64,000 nt of DNA from assembly GCA_965153285.1 (NCBI GenBank), contig OZ229116.1. One strand, 5' to 3'. The translations under genes were made by a program, and so were the position numbers. Source of the stretch: Podarcis tiliguerta (taxonomy: Eukaryota). The first letter of the stretch is position 1. Each line of letters starts with the position of its first letter. The notes beneath the pieces were generated by a model, which was given only the letters and a program-made list of their open reading frames with translations, was not told where the DNA came from and did not search any database. Below, piece after piece: positions 10,390 to 22,699 of this stretch.

Positions 10390-11168
10390 TAAATAAATGA
10401 ATGAATAATAATTGATCCTGTTTGTACCTCAGAAGTTCTGGGGCAGATGTACTGCTTTATTTGCAATTGGTGAATGTTCCATAGCTTCCTGCTGTAAACC
10501 TATAGTTTTTTATACAACAAATGTTCTGGCTTATTTTATGTCCTGCTTTTGTTGTGCTATAGTGCAGGAGTGTTCCTCTAGATGTCAATAATGCAACTGG
10601 GGAAGCATAGCAGAACAATGAATAAACTGAAATGATGTGTGGATTGATCTGGTATAAATCTACCACATATACACTATTATTGCATTAATGACATGTTGTA
10701 GAATGCACCCATGCACAAAAACTAGCCAGAGGAGGGGCAAAGTACACCGTTCAGTTCTAGCTGTCCATCTGTTTCTCAAATAAAAATCCTTAACGTGGGC
10801 ATGACCTTGGGTTATAGGCTACAGGTTGCTTACTGAAAGCAGCAACAAAAACTTTTAAAATCAGAACTCAATGAGATGATTCTGAAGTGATCCCTATACA
10901 CCAGTTTGCCTATTCTGTGCCGCCCTGATTGCTTGCAATGGGGAACTGGATTATATAGAAAATCATTATGTTCCATGCTGAATCCTGTGAGTCCCAGATA
11001 TGTCAGCATATGCATTTTAAAGATCCCTGCTAAGAATTATGCTGTTCAGAAGCTTTTCTTTTGAAGATTATATGTGCTACTTTGTTCCTTTTCTCTTTGT
11101 TGCAGTGTCTAGGTTTAGTAGATAGCACACAGGATAGCGAAACTAGCTGTAGAGTGAGGTTGTATCCT

Positions 11169-11305
11169 CAGTGCTGTTTTTCTAGAAAAAGAGGTGCTGG
11201 AACTCGCCCTGAACGCTTCTCTTGTTCTCTTGTAATGGCAATGGTGCCCACCTGAGAGGTGCTGGAACCGAGTTCCAGTGAGTTCCAGCTGGAAAAAAAG
11301 CCCTG
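11169..11305. mobile_element. Short hAT-type MITE (same family as 35416-35544)
   Basis: CAGTGCTGTTTTT...AAAAAAAGCCCTG termini; body is reverse-complement similar to 35416-35544. Confidence 0.7.
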
Positions 11306-11755
11306 CACACCTTCAAATTATCAGCGTTTTCTTGGTTTCTCTGGAATGGTGACTGGGTATCTACTCTTCTGTTTCTTTCAGCAATAGCTGTTTCATAGTA
11401 CTTTTAGAAGTATGTGGTCCATTGAAGTTAGAGCCTCTGGGTATGGCCCTCTGAAATGCTTCCTTCCTTAAATAATGGAATCCACACATTGCTGATTATT
11501 ATGAAGAGCTGTCCCCCATTAGCCATTGATCCAACTAGCCCTGCTAGGTGAGATTCTCTGGAGATACCTGGGACTTAATATATGTGAAGCATTTGTTCTG
11601 CTGATAAGCTGCACCCCTTCCTAGACTATCCTTTCCCAAACTGGTCCCTGGCCGATATCGATAGATTTCAACTTACATCAGCCTCAGCCAGTGTGGTCAA
11701 TGGTAAGGAGTGATGGGTATTGGAGCCCAAAGCATCTGACTGGGCTCAGCTGTTC

Positions 11756-11902
11756 TAGAATCATAAGAGCTGGAAGAGACCCTGAGGATCATCTAGTTCA
11801 ACCCCCTGCAATGCAGGAATATGCAGCTGTCCCGTACGGGAATCGAACCTGCAACCTCGGCGTTACCAGCACCACACTTTAACCAACTGATCTATTCAGG
11901 CT
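11756..11902 (-). mobile_element. tRNA-derived SINE with CR1-derived tail (Squam2-like)
   Basis: Minus strand has a tRNA-like head with A box and GGTTCGATTCCC B box. It is followed by a CR1 3' end (GGGTTGAACTAGATGATC...ATGATTCTA) like that at 55035. Confidence 0.75.
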
Positions 11903-12166
11903 AAACATGTTCCTGCATTGACCTGCAGCTGAGAAACACATAAGGTCTGAATGGCTCCAGCTCTGCTTGCATCTTTATGTATTTCCAGAAGATTTAAAGA
12001 ACTGGAAGGAATGTTGTTTGGTGTTTTCATCTATGGAAAAGTAGGCAACAGCTGCATCTCCTTTCCTCCGCCCCTTGTAAAACTCATCTGATTACTCAAG
12101 GGCATACATGGTGTCATCTTTTCCCCTTCTTCCCCCAAGAGGTTTGAAAATGGTTTAAAGGCATAC

Positions 12167-12315
12167 CAGGAGCAGCTGCAACAACAGCACCAACAGAAGC
12201 AGCAGGCGTTGGACCCACGGTTTTCAATCCCTGGCTGTGGCTGTACAGAGCTCGGTGTCTCCTGGGTCACAGATGCTTGCCTTTTGCGCATCTCCATCCG
12301 CTCGGATCCCATGGG
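12167..12315 (-). CDS. RGS20: RGS20 cysteine-string exon, PMGSERMEMRKRQ...GSNACCFCWCCCCSCS(C)
   Basis: tttttcctcatgcag|CCCATGGGA...TCCTG|gtatgc; 149 bp, phase 0 to phase 2. RZ-family cysteine string with the MGSERMEMRKRQ start typical of RGS20. Adjacent to ATP6V1H as in human. Confidence 0.96.
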
Positions 12316-12748
12316 CTGCATGAGGAAAAAACAGGAAGGTTAGGCTCTGTGGAAAAAGCCCAGGCATCAGGTTTACTGCTTCACTCATAGTCTTGGCACC
12401 CAGTAGCTTTCCTAATTGTTGCTAATAGGTGAAGTGGCCTGTGGAGCAGTCAGAAGAAACTGCTTCCTTAATTCATGGTCCTAATCAGATGAGGAATTCT
12501 GGGCCAGTAATGTCTTTAAACCCACCGTGACTGTTTGTCATTGATTTTTAATTTGCCAAGTGTTTTACGGTCTTCGTTTCCTCCACAGAACAATGCAGCA
12601 AAGTTTTTGAAAGAGCAGGGGAAGTAGGAAAGATTCCCAGGGCCCCACTCAGCAAAATGAGCAGGAGGGACCCCCACACCACCCCAAGAGCAACAGGGCT
12701 CTACTCCGCCCTGTTGCAGATGCAGGTAATACACATCACTATCTAAAT

Positions 12749-13364
12749 TGGGGTCAGCAAACTGTCCCTCAGACCTTGTGGGGGGCCGGACAATACCCTG
12801 CAAGCTAGTCCCATAGCTGCCTCTGGACCTGGAGAAGGAATGCACTTGGCACGCACTCAGGAGCGTGTCTTGAACCACCCGCCCACCGGCGTTGTTGATG
12901 AGCAGCAGCCGCTCCATCGGCCTGTCCCCATGGAGCTCCCAGGTGGTGTGAACCACATGCTGCAGCCCATCATACGAGGCCAGGTTGGTGGGCAGGCTGC
13001 GAATGAGGAGCACCGGGCAGGCTGCCACAGCTCGCCCTCCAGCTGTTCCAGTGTGGCCGCTGAGTGCGCCACCAGCAGCAGCGCTGAGCTGGGCACCAGG
13101 CATGGGGCAAGCAGGCGTGCCAAGGTGTGGCTGAAGCCCCACGATGCGCCCATCACAATGCCCATGGTGCGGCCCAGACCACAGGCCCACCTGCCAGCCT
13201 CTCGGTCCATGGCCTAGCCGAGTTTACCTCAGCGTGTGGGCAGCAAGGCTTCGGATTGGCTGCAGGGACTTCTTTTCAAGGAAACGCAGTGCCACGCCAG
13301 TTTAGCTCAGCAGGGGACTGCCCAAGCAGGCAGCAGGGTCCATGGGCAAGTCTGCCGACCCCCG
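12749..13364. mobile_element. hAT-type TIR element carrying captured host DNA (Pack-TIR)
   Basis: Left end TGGGGTCAGCAAACT and right end AGTCTGCCGACCCCCG are imperfect inverted repeats of Charlie type. Flanked by ATCTAAAT (12741-12748) and ATTGAAAT (13365-13372), a 6/8 match. Confidence 0.75.
12887..13210 (-). pseudogene. SPR: Captured sepiapterin reductase exon 1 copy (frameshifted, CpG-decayed)
   Basis: GLGRTMGIVMGASWGFSHTLARLLAPCLVPSSALLLVAHSAATLEQLEGEL, then in another frame LPTNLASYDGLQHVV...MERLLLINNAG. Aligns with recalled human SPR [51 protein letters not shown]...LQRLLLINNAG. Homology stops at NNAG/G|GT, the SPR exon 1 boundary. Confidence 0.9.
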
Positions 13365-13579
13365 ATTGAAATGTTGACCATTTAAGTCTAAAATGACCTC
13401 ATTGCAACACTGCCCAGGGTGCCTTTCTCAGGGGGCTCAGACACCTTTCTGAATGTCTTCATCCTGCCTCCCCTGCCCCAAAAGTTGAGCTGGGAAACAG
13501 AGAAAAGGTCACAGCGAGAATGCTTCTTGTTTTAGAGAGCTTGAGGCAGAAGCAACAACAGGTGCCTCCTCATCTCAGG

Positions 13580-13745
13580 CTGCCATGTCTATCTAGCCAG
13601 CATTGCCCATTATGACTAGCAGTAGCTCTCCAGAGTCTCAGCCGGAGGTGTTTCCCATTGGCAGCTACCTAATCCTTTCAAGGAAAGATGCTAGAGATTG
13701 AATCTGGGGTCTTTGGTATTCAACACAGGCACTATCCCCATGCTT
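13580..13745 (-). mobile_element. Degenerate Squam3-like tRNA-derived SINE
   Basis: ctagccagcattg...agtagctctccagagtctcag...gagattgaatctggggtc resembles 61474-61620. Confidence 0.55.
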
Positions 13746-16700
13746 TTATCTGAAGGAGCACATGAGAATACATCACAATCCTAAACATGTCTACACAGAA
13801 GAGCACTGAACCAGTGCTTTTGCCTGGCTGGAATGCGTCCTTGAACTCTGATAACAACTCTTGGTTCCCTGGTTGAAGGATCAAGAAGTGTGGGTGACCA
13901 TGTGTAGAAACTAGCCTGCTAGGTAAACTTTGCATTCGTTGCTCTGCCTACTTTTGCTTCTGGCCTTGTCTGCCACTTGCACGTGCCCAGATGGCCTTCA
14001 GTTGGCAAAAAGTTTTCCCATCCTTGTTAAACACCCCGTGTTTATTATACATACAGCCATTTCAAATGGTCACAGGGATTATTTTGGGTTTAGGTAATCG
14101 TGCTCACCCTCTGACCTCACTCTCCTGCATTCTCCCCTTCCCACTGCCAACCACATGTACCTCTGCTTGCTGATTTCGGATGACACTTCATGCATATAGT
14201 GAAGTGGAGTATAATCCACAAAAGTTTATGCCACAATGAATTTGTTTGGTCTTTAAGCCACCGCAAGAATTCTCACTGGGACACATTTAACAGGATTCCC
14301 CCACCGGATATGTTTATAAGAAGTGATCTATACATCAGAAGATGCCATGCGAAAGTGAACAAAGAGGAGAATAGCACTTTTTAACAACAAACCCGTCCAT
14401 TCTTATGCAGCAACACAGGACCCTGCACACTTACTATAGGTAGTATATCAGTGTAATTGGACCACTGTGGTGTAGCTGACAGTGAGTTGGACTTGGACTG
14501 GGGAGACCCAGGTTCAAATCTCTGTTCAGTCAACCAGCAAGCTCCTGGAAGACCTTGGGCCTGTTACTGTCTCTCAACCTGCTTCTATGATTAAATTAAT
14601 GAGCTTAGCAAACAGCCCTGTGAAATGAAAACAGTGAGGATTCTGTTAGAGATTTGTTGCGCCCCTTGCAAAAGCATTTTTATAGACCACTGTCCGATCA
14701 GGTGTTAATTGTGGAAAAAATAACCTGAAACGTCAAAAAGGGAAAGAGAAGAAAATCAATTTGATCTCAAACAAAGGCCCACATTTCTCTGTTGGTTCTC
14801 TCCTTGTTCCATGTTAGGCCCTTTGTGGAGAGAGGGTTCTGTGAATGGAGCATACGCAGAGCCTGCTGAAGCTGAAAAGGGCCGTGTGTGTTCAAGACTG
14901 ACAAGATGATTGGCCTGGCCTTTATTTTCAATTGTACTTTGGCTCTCGCAGCAAACGAGAGCTATAATAAAGCAGATGGTATATTGTTCGATGTGGCTTT
15001 ATTCCTGCTTACTTTTGTTCCTAAATTAAGCAGGAACTGGTCTTGCATACATATTCAGGGAGCACAGGTTTTTGGAGGAAATGGAGGGGGAAATACTGTT
15101 CAGGTCATGTGCCTCTTTTGTGTCCTAAATAAATGAAGTTTGCATACCTTCCTTGCTATTGTTGCTGTGGTTCAGGCTGAGGTTTCCTTTCTGTATCTGA
15201 CAAAGGCACACTTTAAATAACTGTACTGCAAGGCGAAATTCAGTAGCTGCAACTTATGATCAGCCTGCACAGCAGAAGACCATTGTCTGCTTATGAAATT
15301 TCATTTCCATTTCACTTTTAATTTGTATACTGCCTTTCTATATTGCTATACACAAGGCAGTTTACAAGCTGTAGAAAGAACAAAATATACAGTTCAACAA
15401 AAACCATACTGGATCCTGCCTAGCTTGACAAATATGCTAGCAGCTAAGTCACGAAAAACTAGGACTTTAAAATAGACAACTTACATCAAATAGAGTGATA
15501 TTCAATACTCCATGTATTATGCAATAAAACTAACTTTCAAATGGCAAGCTAGAACACATATCCAAAGCATAATTATATTTAACTAGCCATAAATCAGGGA
15601 TGGGGAACAAACAAGCAAACAAATAATATTCATACCCAGCCACTCTGGATGGCTTCCAAATGTTGTGCTACAATCCCCATCATTCCTGACCATTGAGCCG
15701 GAGTCCAACAATGTCTGGAGGGCCACAGATTCCCCACCCCTGCCAAAGATACAATTTTCTGTTGCACACTTCATTTCAGGTAGATGCTGGTGTGAGACAC
15801 TAGAATCTTGTCCTGAATCCATATATTTGTGGATATTGACTCCTGCATCCCCTTTGAATGAGAACACATCCCTTGTTGTCTTTCTGGGCCCCTGTTGCTC
15901 CCTAACGTACCTTCAAGCAAATGTACAGAAAAGTAGACAGAAGTATACAGGTTGGCAGAAATGGGCGAATGAGTGGAAACGAAGGAGAAAACAAAAGCAA
16001 AGCCAGAAGAAGCACAGCTCAGCAGAGAGATTTGGGGTTGGTCACATTGTGCAGCTTGCCAATCTCTCCACAGGCAAGGCATCCTGTTAGAAGCAGAATT
16101 TTGCAGAGATCACTTTACCTCATGAGCTTTACCTCCCTTGCTTGATCAAGATGCCAGACCATTTGAAAAGAAGAAGAACCTATGATAATGTGTGTATTAA
16201 CAAATGGTAAACTCGTTGAGGAGTTAGGAGCGCTTCTTTGTCTCTGAAGCTCTTGTTTATTACACTCACAAACATCATGTTTCCTTTTATTCCCTAAAGC
16301 CAAATCAGCAAATCACAAAGGCAGATGCTTACACTGGAAAAATTGGTCTAATTTAATTGCCAGCACTTGTCACTACTTGATAATTAAAAGGAAGGATGTG
16401 GTTAATTGGCTGCACTGGCTGCCATTTCGTTTCTGGGCTGAATGCAAGGCGATCACCTTAGAGTTCAAAGTCCCAAATATCCGAAAGACTGCCTCCTTCC
16501 CTCCAGACCCTGCTAGATGTTAAGATCGGGGGGGGGGGGCGACTCTTGGAAGTTCTACCTCCCTCAAGCAGTGGGGGTGGCCTGGGAGAGGATATTCTCT
16601 GGGGCAACCCCTAGGTTGTACATTTCCCTCCCCACAGAGGAGTGTCTGGCTTCATGATACTGAACAACTTTTAGTGAATGCCGAAGAACACCTGAGTTGT

Positions 16701-17611
16701 GGGTTTTTGCAGTCCATCTTATTCCTGTGATTCTAAAATGCTTTAACTGCTTTTAGTTTTAAATTTCAAATTGCTGTAACTTGCCTTGGTTCCTTACTGG
16801 TCAATGTGATGCTGAATTTGCTAGGTTAAGATCTGTGTGCATCATTTGCTTCCTCTGAATCCATAAGGTTGAGGCAGACTTTGAAGGTCCTCAGTGGCAC
16901 CCTGTGCAAGGTGAAAATTTGGCAGCCTCGCCTCCTGCCTCCCATTCTACTCACACAATGCCGCTGACCAGAGCATATATTACAGTAGCCCAAGTTAAGA
17001 CACTGGTATTACCAGTGAATGAAATTACCAAGACTGAGGCTCCCTTCTGCAGCTACTCCTACTGTCCAGATACAAGGAAGCTGACTGCATGATGCACAAA
17101 GGAACACTATTTATTCATTTTTATCTATGTATGTCATTTACTTTTTACCACTCTTCATCAAAATTCATCCCAGGGCAGGGGTTGTTGTTTTTTAAAGTAA
17201 AAATATAGTGAACTAAAATAATACAGATAATTAATAAAGCAGCAGCTAAAAGAACAAGCTTTAATAGCCTGGGTGAATGTTAAAAGGGTGTTTGCTGGGG
17301 TATAAAATGGGGGTGGGAATAACATGTCTTCCTTCAGTTCTTGTCGGACCCCAATTCCCATCAGCTCCAGCTCACATGACAATGGTTAGGGGTAATAAGA
17401 GTCATAGTACAACAATATTCAGAGAGCCACAGGTTCCCCATCCACAATGAAAGCAACAGGCAAGCCTTCTTGGTAAGTGTTGCCCAATCAGACAGTCACA
17501 GCTGGAAAGGCTCAGCTGTGCTGGTCAGAAAAGGGCCTGACAACCTAAGGCCATTGGCAGGTTGACATGGGAGATGCTTCTTCTTAAGGGTGCCTGTGTC
17601 CCAAGAGGTTT

Positions 17612-17745
17612 AGATAGGGAGGGAGAAGCTGTGGACCTCCAGATATTGTTAGACTCCATCAGCCTCGGCCAGCAAGGCCAATGGGCAGGGATGGTGGGAA
17701 CTGGAGTTCCAGAACAACTGGAGGGCCACAAGTTCACACCCTTGA
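17612..17745. mobile_element. Palindromic hAT-derived MITE
   Basis: gctgtggacctccagatattg...caactggagggccacaag foldback; same family as 40849-40985. Confidence 0.65.
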
Positions 17746-19654
17746 TATAGGGTCTTAAAGATAAGTATTATTAGCATTCTGAATTAGGCTTGGAAGGGCA
17801 CAGGAGGCTCAAGAAGTTCTTTCAAATCTGGCAAAGTGGGAGTTGAATGACTGGTCCCCACTAAAATCCTCACTGCTGTATCCTGTGCAAATTGTAGCTT
17901 CTGAATAATCCTTGAAGGTAGTTGCACACACCAGTGCTGTCAGGAGACTGCCAGAACATAAATGACTGTGGCCAGTCTATTCCCTATCAAGGAATTTTGT
18001 GCAAGACTCGGTACCACAGACCAAGCAGTTGGAAACTGTGATTCATGGTGGAAGAGAAATCTTCAGTTCAGTACAAATATGGAAGCCTCATATTAAAAAG
18101 TTATAGAATACCAGAAACTAGGTTGCCTACGCCCAAGTATGATGTTTTTAGCTCTGAAAAGCTTTGTTCTTCTGCAGGCATTATAAGCATTGCTTTACAT
18201 TTCAAAGGCAATGCTAGTCAGAACTGCAACACCCACCCACACAGTCACAACAAGAGGTACACTGCCCTATTCACTAATAAGCTCAAGCTTGCATTCAATT
18301 TATCCACGATCTATTTGACAGCAATCTGACAGCATGAAGAGGGTTTAAATGGGGACAATTATGTGTTCAAATGTAGGCTGCTTTGGAAAACTGGCTAATG
18401 TAGATACTAACTCCGAACCTTCAAGTTCTTAACTTTATTGGAACTATACATATATTTATATTTTTACTATTTGAAGGTCAGAATGCAAAATTAAAATGAC
18501 GTCCTTAGGTACATAGGCTACTTCTAGATGACCTGTTTATTGAGCATTTATGCTGATTTGTTTGCACAAAGTTTGCAGGGATGTTAGATGACATTGGCCA
18601 AGATTATCCTCAGTGGTCTGGGGTGCAAGCTTCAAACCCATAGCTATTTATTGAGCATTCATTCTTTTTTGCTTATAGGGAGGTTAAATGGCATTGCTTC
18701 AAGCAAGTGTTATCATACACTTTCCACTGTATTTCTTCATCACTTTCCTTACAGCACAAAAAAATCCAGTGCTGAAGGGGAAGTGGGCTTGTTGTGCAAG
18801 AGCAGCAAATCAGGTTTAATTGTGCAACCTGTATTTGCTCGTAGTTGATTGAATCACACCCAAAAATGGCAGCAGCTTGACGCACCTGTGTGTGTGTGTG
18901 TGTTTAAGGAACTCTAAATGCAGAAAAATCATTAGCTAGTTTGTCAGTCACTAAAATAGTTACATCTGAGTGTACTGCTTTAGTTAAACTCACTTTGAGT
19001 GGGTGGGTGTGGGCATGTGTGGGTATGATATATATATATATTGCTGAATAGATTTATTTTGTGATTCTATGAGCCACTTGATAATTAACAAAATGGAGCT
19101 GAGCAGACAGCTGCTGAAGCCAATGTTCTCAACTGACTCCTGTCAAGGTCTAATTCAATGAGCATTCTGTTCCCCAGGCTTTCTTATGAATGGCCTCAAC
19201 AAAGCCAATTTCACTGTAGTATGTTGTGATTCACACCAAGGAATCTGACAGCTCATAGTGGGTGCTGAAATCATGTGGCAGTGTATGAGCCATGACTCAG
19301 ATTTTATTGTATTAAGTGCTGAAATCTGACTCTGATCAAATAGAAACTGACACTGTATTGGTCAGCATGGTGGTTTGCCTCAGGGTGACTCATCATGGAG
19401 TGCACAATCATTGATTCATATTCATTTGCCTTTTGAGTTGGAATCCTCTGTTGGAATCCTCATACTTCTATGCTAGGGTATGAGTCCACAGGTGAATCCT
19501 AAATTGCATGGGGGACCAGGTATCCTGTGTCCAATCCAGCTTGCCTAATGGCAAGGCATGACTCCCCTAAACACAAAGGAGATGCTGATGTGCATTTGTT
19601 ATGACATCAACACCTGATTGGCAATTATGCAAAGGATGTTAGTGCCATATACAC

Positions 19655-19777
19655 TAAGGTTACCAGACGTCCCCATTTCCCGGGGACAGTCCCTGGATTT
19701 ACAAATCAGTCCCCATACAAAATCCATTGAAGTTGAAAAGTGTCCCCGGTTTCATTGAAAAAAATCTGGTAACCTTA
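19655..19777. mobile_element. hAT MITE (123 bp)
   Basis: Perfect 13-bp TIR TAAGGTTACCAGA/TCTGGTAACCTTA; flanks ATATACAC/ACATACGC match 6/8. Confidence 0.8.
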
Positions 19778-20536
19778 ACATACGCTCTCCACATATGCTC
19801 TTGTCCCAGCTGCCATGAAGGGTGCCAACTGCCTAAGCTGAAATGCCACATGGGGCAGAGCCAAGGAGAGAAAGCCCTAGATCAGATCCAAAGGTCTCAC
19901 AGACTGTATCTTGCAAATGGGCTGCCAGGTCCCCACCCATGGACTGCCCCCAATGATCATTTGAAGGCTTTTGCGGGGTCCCCAAAACTGGCCAAGTGGA
20001 GCTTCAGGAGAAAGCCTGAAGGAAGTGTGTTTTGCAAAGCTGAGACATCTAAAAGAGCCAGTTACTGTCATAATAAAACAGAAAATAAGAAAGATGGCCA
20101 GGTAGGATAATCTCTGTTTATCTGTTTTCAACAGCATGTTATAGTATGACAAAATAAAGCAACCTCTACAGTTCCACTAATATTATCCTGCTGGTGTTTT
20201 CAATGCCGTGTTTTAAAATGAGTTTAGATTAAAATCAGCGGCACAATCCAAACTTTAGCTATTCCAAGGACCACATTAGACATGTGGTGGAAGATATCAA
20301 CAGCAGCCGAGCAATTGTTCTTTGGATCCGGGTCATGGATCCAAGATACGAGTTCACCCTTTTCTTCTGCACCATTTCCCCAATCTGGATATTCTGACTT
20401 GTGCGAACAGGATTCCTGCTGGACTAGATGGGCCTTTGGCCTGATACGGCAGAGCTCTTCTTATATTCTTAGTGCCATCTTTGTTTGGGTTCTAAGCCTA
20501 TTGATTTCAGCATGTTTATTTCTTTGGTTAAAATCA

Positions 20537-20577
<41 letters not shown>

Positions 20578-20578
20578 C
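20537..20578. repeat. (TG)n/(CG) microsatellite
   Basis: Visible dinucleotide run. Confidence 0.9.
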
Positions 20579-22699
20579 GAATGATGACAAATTCATGGAG
20601 AATAAGGCTATCAATGGCTGCTCATCACGATGCATTAACAGATGGTGTGACATTGCTATCTCAGCTTCCCAACACTGTGCATCACTGACGCTTGCTGAGA
20701 GAGGTTGGGACAAGGCGGGGGAGGGGGGCTCGGTGTGGGTGCAGGGTCAGGAGCATCAGATTGTCTCCACCACTGTGCCCACACCATGCAGAACTCTCAG
20801 CTGCCTTGCCCCTCCCCTTCGGTCACCTGCTTGTCATTTCTACCATGATGGCTATGTTCTTCTTCCACTGTGTTATAATCAGAATAGACCCATCGAAATT
20901 AGTATACCTTAAGCGTTATATCCATTAATTTCAGTGGATCTGCCCTGAGTAGCACTGACACTGGATGCAATCTATTGCAAGTGCATTTTTCTGTGAATGA
21001 TTTGGAAGCATAATGCTCCTGCTGTCATTATGAAGCTAAAGAAGCCTACTATATATATATATGAAGTTATTTTTGCTCTAATCTGCCTTGGTTAGGATTT
21101 GCCCCAGGAGGTGGCATAAAAGGACTTTCAATAAATATCAGAAAAATCCACGTTAGGAAAATGTTTGTGTCTGAATATTTCCAACAGAGTGTATAATAGT
21201 ACTTCAATGTGTGGTTGTAGCACATATTGCAGTAATATATAAAACGATTCCAATTACTATAAAAAACCCCTGCATCTTTCTAATATCCTCCAGCCTTCTA
21301 TTAGGTAGGCAAGATTCCCCATAAAAAGACTTGTTCAGAACTTTTAAAACGATTTAGGCTCATCATCTTTTTTCTGCTATTTGGAAATTTTAACTCTCAA
21401 GGTTATTAAAAGGTTATCTGTTATTCCTATTTTTGTATTGGAACTATGATGATGTGTAGCGTAGTGACAGCCCTTTAGGAGCAAGTTTATTCTACAATTT
21501 ATTTTTTAATACAAGACTCCAAAATGAAGAAAATCATTAGTGGGCCAGTAATATTCTTGATGCAACTCACGTTCATAATTGTATTTGAATGAAATACTGT
21601 ATTGTAGTTCAGCTGCTGGAACATCAGCAATTTAGCTGCAGAATTGACTTTTTAAAAATACCCACTAGGTACTCTTTTCACTATGGGGTAATGGACAGTT
21701 TCCCTGCAACGTGACGCTGTATAATTCATGATTTACATCATAAAAAACAGCATAACCTCCAAAGTATTGGAGTGGGAATAGAAGAATGGAGCAGCTTTAA
21801 GACATGCTATGTTATATTACCAGTTTTTCAATTGTCGAGGTTCCACTGCAATAACTGGCCAACTGGTTGAGCTGTGCCCAAACCCCAGATTGTGTATGCG
21901 CCAGTATATAGTCAGAAAACTTCTGACCTCCAAGCCTATTGCATTCATACAACTAGACAGACAACATAGAACCACTTGGTGTTGGACTAGGACCAGGAGA
22001 CCAGGGTTCAAATGCCCACTCACTTGGACCAGTCACTATCATTCAGGCTAACCTTCCTCATAGGGTTGTTCTGAGGATGCAATGGGAAGGGGGAGAAGTG
22101 TGTGTGGCAACTTAAGCTCTTTGGAGAAAATGTGGGATATAAATGTGCATATGTATGAGATATATATAGTATCAGCCATAGATTGTATTGTATGGCTAGT
22201 GGTTTGCATTTCACTCTGGCTTATGCTGTGTTGCATACTTCGGATATTATCTACTAATACTGAAACTAATGAATGGGTTTTGACACTGTAGGCGTGATCC
22301 AGAGCTAGCTGAATATATGTAAGTCCCACTAAGGTCAATGTTCTCAGCTGAGGATCATGCCAACCCCAAGTTGGCCACTGAGGGCATAAGCTTGACAGAG
22401 AGCTGCAGCCAGTTTGGTTCCATGATGGATGTATTTGTATGATGCAAAACCTTTACAAACCTATGCTTTACATTTTAGATGTATACTTTAAAGACGTAGG
22501 CAGATACCCCCCATGGCCATGATTCATATGCAGACAAGGTGTTAATATATGACTAGTCATGTGAGAATGACAATAGCTAAACTATCCTTCAGCATTTAAG
22601 AGCCTAGATAATAGGGATGTGCAGTTAAATGAACTTATTCCTGCAATTATGAATCCACCCAGTGATTGATGTATGTGAGCCTGTCTATATGCATTACTC

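Noticed and set aside
11825-11902. tRNA gene
   Set aside because: The tRNA-like segment is degenerate and fused to a CR1 tail, so it is a SINE head.
12516-13217. Long overlapping ORFs (224, 125 and 117 aa) as a standalone novel gene or a functional SPR paralog
   Set aside because: Explained by the captured SPR exon 1, which has a frameshift and a broken GxxxGxG motif; SPR exons 2-3 are absent.
14880-15080. Possible conserved non-coding enhancer
   Set aside because: It looks non-repetitive, but conservation cannot be judged without an alignment.
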